DNA of 64,000 nt from Microbotryum violaceum (taxonomy: Eukaryota), in contig CDLV01000008.1 of NCBI GenBank assembly GCA_001244265.2, positions 2,046,001 to 2,110,000 on the forward strand, read 5' to 3'. The position numbers and the translations under genes are program-made. The notes below the pieces were generated by a model that worked only from the letters and a program-made list of their open reading frames with translations, ran no database searches and had not been told where the DNA came from. Of this stretch, positions 24,001 to 35,409 are shown one piece after another; within the stretch, counting starts at the first letter, position 1; each line of letters starts with the position of its first letter.

Positions 24001-26244
24001 TGGACCCTGACACAGGTCCCTCATCTCCCTCAGGCCATCGCCTCAAGTCCTCCGACGCCAAGATCTCTAAAGCGCTGCGCTCTCTCTCCTGCAAGCGCCG
24101 TGTAATCCTCTCGGGTACGCCGATCCAGAACGACTTGCAAGAGTACCATTCGATGGTTGGTACGTAGATCCAATTCACAATCCTGTACCAGCCGTTCAAT
24201 AACGAAACATAACATTCGATGCGCACAGATTTCGTCAATCCGGGCTTGCTCGACTCGTATCCTGTGTTCAAGAAGCGTGAGTCCGAGAACACGCGCCGCA
24301 AAGTGATCAACTATGCGTTGCTCAAGTGTGGAGGCAAAATTCTGATTCCACAGATTTCGAGAATGCGATCATCAAGTCGCGTGAGCCAGGTGCGAGTGCC
24401 AAGGACAAGAAGGTCGGCGAGGACCGCTCGAAGCAACTCACTCGTATCGGGACGGCGTTCCTCCTTCGTCGAGCGGGCGACGTCATCGCCAAGTACCTGC
24501 CTCCGAAACTCGAATACACCGTCTTTATCGCCCCCACGCCTCTCGAGATTTCGATCTACGAAGAGATCCTCGTTGGGTCGGCTGCGAGGGCACTGCAAGA
24601 AGGCTCGATCACGGAGCAATTGTCGTTGTTGATGGTTTTGAGGCAATTATGCAACACGCCTGGCTTGTTGATGCAGTCGATCGAACAGAACAAGAAAGTC
24701 GATGCGCTCAAGAAGCCGGTCGTCGAGTTGCTCCGGAAGGCGGGGAACGATTCGTACGATTTCGCGTTGTCGGGTGGGTGATGTTCTGTTTGAGCTGGCG
24801 ATTCAGTCTAAACTCCCACTGACACAATAGCATGCGCCTTCCAGGTAAATTGCTCGCCCTCGGCACCCTCTTGCACCAATTGCGTTCGATCCAAGGCGAA
24901 AAGATTGTCGTCGTGTCCAACTTTGTCCAGACGCTCAATATCATCGAACGCCACTGTCGGCAGAAGAGGTACCCTTTCAGTCGATTGGACGGGAACACGC
25001 CGCAAGCTGAGAGGATTGCGCTGGTCGAGGCGTTCAACAGGGGCAAGAATACGACAAGTTGTGCGTGCTTCTCTGACGGCGTGTCGAGTGAAGGTCACAG
25101 GCTGATTTTGCAGTACGATAACAGTCGTTTTCCTGCTGTCGAGCAAAGCGGGTGGAACGGGGCTGAATAGTAAGTTTGTCTCTTGAGGTCGTCAAGCTCG
25201 TGTGCCGCTGCACTGACCCATGCCCCGACTATATAACAGTCACCGGAGCTTCCCGCCTCGTCCTCATCGACAGCGATTGGAACCCTTCGACGGATCAACA
25301 GGCCATGGCTCGGATCCACCGTGAAGGACAAAAGAAGCAATGCGTGAGTTGGTCGACTGCTTCCGTTCGAGCGCGAAAGACGCCACTGAGACATCTCTTT
25401 GTGGCAACAGGTCATCTATCGCTTCCTCACGGCCGGTACGATCGACGAAAAGATCTTTCAACGTCAAGTCACCAAGATGGGGCTGTCGACGTCGTTGATG
25501 GTGAGTTTTCGCGAGGTTGTCCACACGCATCTGCCTCCAAGAGACTGATAGTCGAGCCTCGCAGGACGATGATCAATCGGGTGGAGCGGGCAAGGCGGAC
25601 TCGTTTACCCCTGATGATGTACGTTGTTCGTCACGACCCTTCATACTACGCATCATGGCTGACTTTCCTTTCTGGATCGCGCATGTCACAGCTGCGCAGC
25701 ATCTTCAAATTGCACCAAGGCGTCGCATGCCAAACGCACGACCTGCTCGGGTGCAAATGCCACCTCGATCTTGACCACGACGACGACGGAGAGGGCGCAG
25801 CTCGAATGGAAGCCGACCTCGGACCAACTTCCGAAGACGCTTCCTCCTCCCTCCAAGCTTCTGAACCCCCGGGATTCACCCAAGCCTCTCATTTTCACGC
25901 GCTGGGTGGTGGATTCGACCTCGAAATCGTTCAGCGCGACGAATCGCGTCGATTGGGGATGTTGAACAATTGGGCGCATTACAATTGTTGCGACGAAGCT
26001 TCCGTGGATGAGATTGAGGATACGTTGTTGAGGTCGGTAGTTTATCAGAGGATTATTGAGGCCGCGGATGGGACCGAGGGGAGTGTGCCGGAGGGGAGGG
26101 CGACGTATAGGTTGAGAGAAGGTGAGTTTGGTGGCAGTGGCCAAGGTGGCTTCCTCCCGCATTCATGAGCACGGTGCTGATTACTGCATTTATGTTTGTG
26201 TGATAGGCCAAGTCGGGTTCGTGTTTGGTAAGAAAAGTGGTTAA
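21031..26244 (+). CDS. RDH54: Rdh54/RAD54B SNF2-family DNA translocase; multi-exon
   Basis: [14 protein letters not shown]-terminal motif, [108 protein letters not shown]. Confidence 0.92.
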
Positions 26245-26554
26245 TGTGCAGTCAAGTATAATAGCAAATACTAGCCAAATACTAGCGGCCCGTCGAGTAT
26301 TCAAAAGTTAGCCGTTTTCGTCTCAGCCGGCTTGCGTAGATCGCGTACTCTAAAGTTCAGCTCCTTAGCATTGCATTGTACACTACGCACGAGTCGTTCG
26401 ATGTGTTGAAAGGGACACCGAAGTGCTCGATCGGGGAGACGGTCAGTCACCTACGCCACGGCTACCTCTTCACACAACTGGCCAAAGAAACTGACGGAGC
26501 ACGCGCGTTCGGAAATGCATAAAAGTGGGGAAGTGCGAGTGTGACTGGAGCGAG

Positions 26555-27179
26555 CCAAGGATCCGCATTAGATCAGATCACCGTCAGATCAGATCAGATC
26601 TGATCTGGATCCTTCTGATTCTGCCTTGATTGATCTGATCTTGATCTGATCTGAGCAATCAATTTGATCCGAGACATGAAATTGCCTAATTTGGACATAC
26701 AGACTTCTACATGTCTACATGTTGAAATGCTCATCTTCTTCCTCCACTCATCATCATCCTCATCCTCATCATCCTCCAAAGTGATCACCTTGCTAAGCCG
26801 CCGCTTTTTGGAGGAGCTCCCCGCTTCTATGACTGGATTGGGTCGCATGATCCCTACGAGAAAGTGTTTGCAATGAGTCAGCACCTGACACTGCAACGAA
26901 GGCCCATCAGAGGAGGACCACACCCTGTAGTATTCCTGTGGCGCGGGGCTGACACCCTGAATGCGGCGGCGATGCTAGATGGCAGATGGCGCGCTTCTTT
27001 CTCTCTCATGCAGTGATCAGGTGCGCCGCAGTTGGCATTTCAAACACAATCATAATGGCACCATCTAGGTGCCGCCTACTTTTGATTTTTTTTTTCTTTC
27101 TCGAGGCTTGATTGATCTGAACTTGATCTGACCCCCGTCAGATCTGATCTGATCTGATCTGATCTACTGGGACCCTTGG
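26555..27179. mobile_element. Non-autonomous DNA transposon (MITE-like) with imperfect TIRs and subterminal GATCA/GATCT arrays
   Basis: Left end CCAAGGATCCGCATTAGATCAGATCA versus reverse complement of the right end CCAAGGGTCCCAGTAGATCAGATCAG. Dense GATC(A/T) pentamers at both ends; no clear TSD. Confidence 0.7.
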
Positions 27180-27189
27180 TGCCATCATC

Positions 27190-28800
27190 GTCATATCCTA
27201 CGTTCTCGCTTCAGCCAGCTTCGACGAAATGTATCTAGACGATCCGGATATCGAGCTTCTTGACGATGATTTCGAGCGAAAGGCACCCTTCTTGGACGTG
27301 AGGGTGTCTTGAGCTTCTCGCCTTCCGCTTCGACAACCCACTGCAGACACCCAGATAACCTAGATACAGCTTTCATGGTCGACAGACGAGCCTCTCGAGT
27401 TTGATACTCTTCCTAGGCCGCTCGATGCTTGGAGGGACAAGTTCAAGGATCGTGGAGCAATTACTGTGGCACGTAAGCAAGGTTACCGGTCTATTGCTTT
27501 CGCTGGGCACCAGCTGCCTTTCGGTGTTGAAGGATCTGGCGGCATATAGATTACGCCGAGCGCATACGTTCGATCGTTATCAGCAGCCAAAAAGTGGATG
27601 TAAAACTATGTAGGTATCGACATCGAAAGTCAGCCTCTCATCGTGAAGGCTCTGGAGGTGCTGTCGCCACTGCTCATAGAGGAGCAATATACCCCTTCAA
27701 GGATCCTCGGGTGTAGCACTTCCTTGCACACGCTGCTCGATTTCGTTGGTAAGCAGCCAAATTGTTCGTCTGTTCGATGGCGTGATTGATTGGGGTTATT
27801 TTTCGTGCTTTTCCTAGGGACAACGTGGCTTGGAGAAAGATCTCGTCGTGCTGGACCCGAAAGAGCGGAAGTCAGTTGAAAACGCTGTTCGCTCTTTAGC
27901 TGCTCTTGGCCTTAACAATGATACTGCACCGTAAGTTGAGTGCCATGAGACCTGTACCAGCCTCCCCTGAGCCGATAACTCATCTCTTCCGATTCTAGGC
28001 TTGCCGTTCAGCAGGCCTATGACGAGGCCGATGCTCAAGCAGAGGAACGCTTCCTGCTCGACGTCATTGTGACAGCAAATGAAAGCTTGCCGGCTGGTGT
28101 AGGTTCATTTATGTTGAAAGAGGATTCCACCCATGCATCTCTTGAAGGTGCCTTCACTTTTGTTGTACTGGTCAAGGCGACCAGGATGGTTTTTACAACA
28201 ATTTAAGCAACTGGTTTCGTATAGCAAGCAACACTAAATGGGACCAGCATTCATTCACAGGCTCAGATTATTCGACTCCCATCCCTTCTGCGTCACGAAT
28301 CTCGTCAGCTTGCGCTTAATCTGAAAAGCTTGATCCAACACCGTCGGGCACATCAATGCTTCCATCTCAGAGCTGTCCTACTCAAAGGAAGGCACGGCGC
28401 CACTACCTCGAAAGTTTCCGATCCCACATCAAAAGCAAAATTGTCCAAGCACGGTGAAATACACTACAGTGTCCTCCGAGGCTTAGTGCATTCAATGGGT
28501 GCAGCCCGTCTCGAAGCCGTGTCAGGAGTTGCGAGGTCCAGTCGTTGGACAGGACAAGGAACTTTCAGTCGCTTTTCGACCGCAAACGAGACGGAAAACA
28601 TAGGGTACATCAACGACAGACGTAAAGAAGTGAGCTGCAATTGTGCTCTGCACATATGGCCCAGAGAGTGCTCATCAATAATGTTCATTCTTGCCCAGGT
28701 ACGGATGCAATTGCGAGCAAGGCAATACACAGCATTCGCCAAGATCCCACCGTTTGGGTCGATCGACGGAAACGTCACGTCAGCAGTGTTGTTGGGTATT
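27190..28800 (+). pseudogene. Heavily degenerate coding relic, probably transposon-derived
   Basis: Protein-like frame broken by many stops (FDEMYLDDPDIELLDDDF..., later Cys/His clusters such as CNCALHIWP); family not identified. Confidence 0.3.
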
Positions 28801-28849
28801 GCTTGAAGTGGTGGAGCGAGCGACTATGACGACGGCGGCAGCGAGGGCG

Positions 28850-29500
28850 AAATTTCAGATACATGAGACGATGCTTGAGATGCGAGAGGAGCATAGTCGC
28901 TAGTGCAAAGATCCACGCGCGGCAGGCCACATGTGCTTGCACGGAAACATGTGGCGAACGAAATCCGGACAATCGCGAGTCGAGATCACGCTCGAGTCGG
29001 TGGGATTGAGTCCAACGGTGTAGTCTGTCTCGATGAAGGTCGAGTCTTCGTCCTCCTGCTCGTCCTCTCCGAAAGACGTGACGTGGATCTAAAGATTGGT
29101 AAAAAGAAAAGAAGAAGAAAAGTCGTCGAGGTCGAGTCAGCCAAAGTCTCGACCCCGAGACGCGAGAAAATCCTAAGCTCAACTCACATCACCGTCGTCG
29201 TCCATCTCCGTGACCATATCGTTCGCTCGACTCCACTCAATTGATTGCGCGGTGTTCTGGCGCCGAGTCTCGGCCTTACTCGATCGCCGACGAACAAAGC
29301 CGGTGACGATGAGACTAATCTCTTGGCGGTATGCTGGCTCGGCGCCATTGTGAGGGTGTGGATGAGCTGATCCGTCCGTTGTCGCTGCCCGCGGCCAATG
29401 TAACAATACTTCAAGATCTTATGCCACGACTCGATGTAATTTTTGGTGGTGATCGCGTGATACGTAACCTGCGAATCATCAGACAGAAGGGTATGAGCCA
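28850..29500 (-). mobile_element. Fragment of a MULE/Mutator-type transposase C-terminus with a SWIM zinc finger
   Basis: TKNYIESWHKILKYCY...RQRTDQLIHTL followed by DCPDFVRHMFPCKHMW; interrupted by stops and frameshifts. Confidence 0.75.
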
Positions 29501-29983
29501 AGGGATTTCGGCGGCGGGAACCGATGTTGGTTGTATCGATTCGGCGTCAGGCGGCGCAACGAGGGCGCGTGGCCTTGTACGACATTGATGAGTCGAAGAG
29601 GGGGTTTGACGACATTGTGTTGGAGTGGTGAAAATCATTTAGGACTTGCAAGTGCATGGAAGGAAGGAAAGAGAGAATCGGGTTGAACAGCCCTATTTAT
29701 TCATGCGCGCGGGCAACGTCTACGAGCGCGAGCGCAGTAAACAAGGAATATTGCGCTTGGACCGCGTGCTCGTTGGTCACGTGCTGTGGCGACGAACCCG
29801 ACAGACGCGCCTCGAGACAGGGAGGCCGAAACGCGCGGCCGAATTAGGCGGCAGAAATCGGTCCAGAACTCGCGCGCGAGGACAATAAAAAGCTGGAGCG
29901 TGTGGATAGCCCGCCGCCTGCCGCTGCCGCCCCCCCCCTCGGCTCCCCTCGGGGTGTCGTGCACTGCATGCGTTTATTAGAGT

Positions 29984-30165
29984 TAAGCTCAACTAGTAAG
30001 CCCTCCCTCTGGGAGGGGCGTCGAGCTTATAACTTAGAGTGTAGAGTGAATAGGCGAGAGAAATGCCTGTTCGCTTCTGCACCTTATTCGTTCGCTCGAA
30101 CGGCAGTGCTCATTGCCTCTACACTCGCAAAACTTTTCGACCCACCTACCGACTGAATAAGGTGC
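29984..30165 (+). ncRNA. Candidate structured RNA element (stacked hairpins plus a long-range pseudoknot)
   Basis: Complementary segments: 29984-29993/30020-30029, 30037-30046/30117-30126, 30044-30055/30065-30076 (with G-U pairs), 30079-30094/30150-30165 and 30102-30108/30111-30117. Confidence 0.45.
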
Positions 30166-30199
30166 TGTCTTATAACAAGGGAATATTGGCGTTTTTGCA

Positions 30200-31900
30200 A
30201 ACCGCGGTCCCTGGGTTGTGACCAAGCGCCGCCCGTTCCCACTCCTCTCTTTCCTCCTCCACCGCTACCAGTTGAGTGTCCGTGGACGTGTTACGGCTGA
30301 CCCGCGTCTCTCCATCGGTGCATCAACTGAATCTTGCCTGGTCTCGGGCGCTCGTAGCAGTGGTGTACCATACCGAATGGGACACGTTCACGCGGGCCTC
30401 ACGCCAAGTCTACGCGGCATCTCCCGGCGTGGCAAGTCCCGACTTCCCCACGCCGTCGCGAACTCCGACTCGGCTGCAGTACTAACGAGGTCGTGTTTGA
30501 CCCCTGACGAATCGCATGGCTGCAGACCAGGTACACGATACGCTGGGGACACGATCTTGGAATGCTAGTGCTTAAAGTCACGGATGACCTTCACGTACGT
30601 CGACAACTCTGCTAGACTTGGCGACCCGAATGTCGCTCTTCGGTCAGTATCACTGAAAGCGGCGAGTCCGGACTCGGGCTTCGACAGTGCATCAAATTCA
30701 AGGCTAGGTCGGGCGCGTTCATAAATCGATTCGAAGCATTCAACGTTGCCATGCAAACCAGTATGCACCGGAGCGAATTTTCGGCTTTGGATCAAATTGT
30801 CCCGGAGGCCGCCCACCACGCCCCGGCCGGAGTCGACCCGAAAGGTATGTAGGTAGATTTGCCTTGAGAGAACTCTTGGCAAACTTGCTGGCTGGCATCT
30901 CTGATCTCCGCAAGCTCTACGCTCTCCCATAGCTCGGGTCTTGCAGCCGCTCGACAGCCTTGCTGTTCCTGCTGCTGCTGCTGCACCGCCGACCGCAAAG
31001 TCAACTGCTCCACCCGAGATGGAAAGCACGGCGAGGAGCAAGAAGGCGAAGGAGAAGAAGAAGTCTTAAGTCGCAGCAGTCGTAGCAGTAGCGATAGATG
31101 TTAGGGCGAACAGGCACCCATTATCGCTTCCGAACGTGCATCGATGATGAGGAACACAAGGGATTATTTGAGTTGGCAAGACTACCTTGTGGAGTGCTTT
31201 GAGAGAAAAGAGAGACCGTCGCCGTTTTCCATCATGATTGCATGTGCGATTTATAAATCCAAGTATGCGCAAGGCAAGATAGACCAGCCAAACCTGTGCT
31301 GCCGATGTTGAGGCACCGAGCTGCGAGCCCATGGGCCGGCGGCGAGCTGCAGCGAGCTCAATTCGAGTCGAATTGGCGCCCCACATGAGGCCCTACGCGG
31401 ACGGGTGCAAGCTGGTCGGACTCAACCGCGCGGTCGCTTCCAAACCTCGAGCGACCTCAGACAGGGGCACCGGCGATGGATGGGCGACGGCCACCCAGAG
31501 CAGCAAGGCCCGACCGACTACCACCCCCAGTCCAGCTACGGGGGCAAACAGGATGACGGTCACCAACGCCTTTGCGGTATTGGAAGAGGAGGACATGGAA
31601 GAGGAAGGGGATGAAGAAAATGAGGAAAATAGGGCCGAAGGTGGCGACGGTCAGAAAGAGGAGTCTCGGGGATGAGGAGCGGTCCGGCGGAAAAGGAGGA
31701 GGATGGAAGTGAGGAAGAAGAGGAGACGGAGGATAAACAAGCAATGGAAGTAGAGCAGGGGTCGAGCGCGTTATCATCTAAACCGAACAACAACGACTTT
31801 GGGCTGGCGGCGGCTCTTTCGACCCCGGTATCATCGCACTTGAGCTCGGCTGATTCGAGCCCGATCTCGTCTTCAACCGGTCACGTCGAGAGTGGACTCC
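30200..31900 (+). mobile_element. Degenerate gag-like ORF1 relic of a non-LTR retrotransposon (tentative)
   Basis: Broken frame with a Lys-rich stretch, a CCRC*...H...C knuckle-like motif near 31295-31350, then TNAFAVLEEEDMEEE and an acidic tail, as is typical of fungal LINE ORF1 proteins. Confidence 0.4.
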
Positions 31901-32301
31901 CGTGCGGACAGGGTACTACAGGTGATGTAGGGCCTCTATGGGCGTCTCTACTGGCTCTATCATGCTCTACTACACTCAAAAAGTATGTATACGGCAAGGG
32001 AAGACGATACATGCAGATTAGCGGAAACTGTAGCAATTTCGTTTTTTTTCGGGGCGTACCGCACATTTGTTGGCGCGGCGCAGAGTACGCCCTAAATGGC
32101 TCACGCTCCGCCTAATAAGGCGTACTGGGTCCGAGGTCGGTACGCCCGGGGCCTACGTGAATTGGCACACGTACGCCCCAAAACTTTCGATCGCATTTGT
32201 GGCTGCTTACAGCACATTGTATACACTCTGACAGTCACCAGTTGGGTCTAAGGGTGCGACTGTACAACCCTTTAGCAGATGAAGCAGATACAAGTCGATG
32301 G

Positions 32302-35121
32302 TCACAAAGTCGAACTTCTGTGACTCGGAGCACCGCGCAACGACTGCAGAGAGGCCGGCCTGTACTAGGCTCTGTACGAACGTTGATATGTGTGCTGTAG
32401 CAATCGCAAGCCCCCTCAGTAGAGCATCGATTACAGCGCAAAAAGAGATATGGTACATGAAACGATACAGGGGCCGAATCACACAACTGCTATGGTTTTA
32501 CAGGACGCTGTATGCCCACCCAGTGACTTCCTCTGGTTCAGATTGGATGATCTGGACCAAGGGCATTGCAAATAGGTACCACTTCTGCAACATGGGGAAG
32601 TAATGATGTCTCACAGGGCCATTCTCATCGCTATCATTATCGGCGTACCGTTCCGCCGCCAGCTTCTTCGCAATGGAGAATGAGGCGGCTATGTTTGATG
32701 TGCAAGAAAGAGCTTGGGGTAAGGATCCGCCTGATAGTTTTTCTGTGCAAAATGGTTTTTGGTCACTTGCCTACGTTCAGATGCTTGATTAGTCTTTTTG
32801 GTGTCCTTGATAAATGTCTTCACCAAACTAGCATTTGTGCCCCAAGTCTTCTTGAGTAATGTCTCAGTGGGAACCTGCAACTGATGAAGAGTGACAAGTA
32901 GGCAATGCCGGTCAGCCAAGCCAGCGCACTCTGCCATGCCATTCAGGATACTGACTCACACTCACGTAAATCTCCCGATTCTTGCTTCCTGCCAATGGCT
33001 TCGCATTGCTGAAAGGCCATGCCAGTTTGTTACCTGGGACCAGCTGGAGATTGACGCTTTCTTCTGGGTATGAGACTTCAGCCAGTGCCCGCGCTCCGAG
33101 CCCATCCCGATGAACCCCATAATCATGGACCTTAACTAGCCTCCAAGCCTCACTGATGTAAGCCCATGCGCATGAACGAGCAAGCGAAACACTGTAGTAA
33201 AAAGCCGTATTAACTCTGGAACACAGGAAGTTCTACAAAGCGGCATACATTGAGGCCACTTACGCTCCAGAGAGCTTCTTGAATTCGTCTGCGCGCAGAT
33301 CCTTCGTGACACCACGTTCACACATATGATGCATCATGTCGTCCTTTGTTCCTCTTTGGAGATCTCATGCAACTTATGTAAGTACAATCCGCATAAGTTA
33401 CAGCGGATGAGGTTCTGAGTGAAGGCGACCGGCGTTCCACACAGCCCTCCCGCGGCACAAGTTGGGCATCTGAGCTTGACCATGACAGACTTGTGCGCCC
33501 GATACTCGTCCTCGAACAGCGAATGCCCTGGGTGCAAGCCGTTAGCCTGTACACAAAGAGCGGATGTTCAGAGAACCGATGGCCGTGACACCACCATTGT
33601 GGCAGCCAATGCGCCATCACGTCCACGAACGTACCTTTTCCAGAATCCTTAACTTGTCAATTTGGTACTTACGGGCGGAGCTCGCTTCCCAGAATTTTTT
33701 GAACGTCTGACGGGCCGCCTGTCCTCCCTCCTCCACGGCGCCCTCCTCCAGACCCATGAACTCGTAGCGCTGACGCGCCATAGCCACGGTCGGTAGTAAG
33801 AGTCCCTCAGCGTTCACATCGGGGTTTCGCCTGCACGCGCCGTACGTTTGCGCAGCAGATGGCTCAAGGTCGGTCGGTAATCATCAATTCCAGCAAGGTC
33901 GTCCATCGCCTTGTCAGAAAGGCATTGAGTGATCGCAGCGCATTCCGGTTTCTTTTGTACACCCACCAGCTATAAGAAGCCGTGGCGCGCAAATCTGGGA
34001 CCAGCTCGGTGGCGAGATGCGCAATTGACCCCATTGGATTGAGTCCATCATATTGATGCCATTGAAGTTTGCCATCCGGACTCATTGCAACCCCACCTTT
34101 CGTTGAAATGTGTTGATGGCGTAGCTGAGTGACTGCTCGGAACGACCAACGGTGCTCCAAGCCAGTGTCATCGCGAAAGACCAGGTTTGAGCTTCAAGCG
34201 TCCGGCGTCCAGCAGGGTACGGTGCTTTGCTTCCGTTGTGCATGATGGTGAAGCACGTGGGTTGTCAGTTCGGATATGGCCCCTGACGATGGACAGTGAA
34301 CGGGCAGCCGCGACGATGGGAATGTCCGTTTGCTCACCGAGCTGTAGTAGTCTACTCGTTGGCGAATCTGTGGCTCGTAAAGCTTTTTCTCCGATCCAGG
34401 AGACAGGTCCACTTCATTGATGGACTAGAAGAAGTACATAAAATTTAGGGGTGGAAGTAACGATGGTGACTTACGCAGTACGCACCCTTCGCAGTCTGAC
34501 CGGTGAATGTGAATGGGTCGCGTCAACGTCGTCCGAGAAGCCTGCTGGGAGGACCCCGCGGGCTCAACGTCCTCAAACACGTCTTCGAGGCTCGATTTCC
34601 AATGAGGTTTCGAGCTTGATTCATGTATGTGTGTTGGCTCCAAGGGAAAAGTAGCTGAGAACGCCGGTGGCGACGCAGCGGCACCGGGTAGGTCGAGGAC
34701 TTGGGGACGCGTCCGCCGCGATTGAAGTCTTGCTTCACGCTCAGATATCGGAGGTGGGGCATGAGCCTTTGGCGTCCATTTCTTTCGTCTTCCACGGGCC
34801 ATCGTTGGTGGCCTGGGTGGTCGACTCAAAGGAAGCACCTTCCGACGCGGGCCCGCAGATGGCCGGGTGTGGCACTGACGCCGAAGTGAGACCTAATTTG
34901 TCGGACAAATTAGTCCTCTGAGTCAAGTCGCCAGGTTGACTTATCCGTCACGGCTAAGTGCGACTTTGCAGGGTTGACAGTACTTAATGTTGGGACTAGG
35001 TATCAGCTTACCGCCTTGATTGCTACAGCATACATATCAACGTTCGTACAGAGCCTAGTACAGGCCGGCCTCACTGCAGTCGTTGCGCGGTGCTCCGAGT
35101 CACAGAAGTTCGACTTTGTGA
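32302..35121 (-). mobile_element. 2.8-kb DNA element with 104-bp terminal inverted repeats and a degenerate internal Cys/His-rich gene
   Basis: 32302-32405 and the reverse complement of 35018-35121 differ at only 2 positions. Internal minus-strand remnants include MARGRRKKW..., ...SYSWWVYKRNRN... and RCPTC...LCG...IRCNLCGLYLHKLH. Confidence 0.85.
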
Positions 35122-35409
35122 GTCAGCGAGCCCACTTTTTGTATGTTTCCCAGCTCAACGACAACGCATGTTGGGTGAGCATTTACGGCCAGATATACCG
35201 GAGGTGAGGGTAGCTGGCTGATTGCGAACGCAGGGGTAGGCGGTGTAATGCCTGCGGCAAAAGGAAAGAGAAAAGGTTCGTCATTTGTGATCGAGGCTAA
35301 GCTGCTGGCGATCCGGCGCGAGACGGGAGACCTCATTCCGGCGCCAGCTTTCGCTCTGCCTCTGCTTCGCATCGGGCGCCGATCCCCAGTCACCGTATCA
35401 ACCGCCACC

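Noticed and set aside
30030-30170. Assignment as an HDV-like or hammerhead ribozyme
   Set aside because: The catalytic core elements (P3/L3/P1.1 and J4/2, or CUGANGA/GAAA) could not be fitted; kept only as an unclassified structure.
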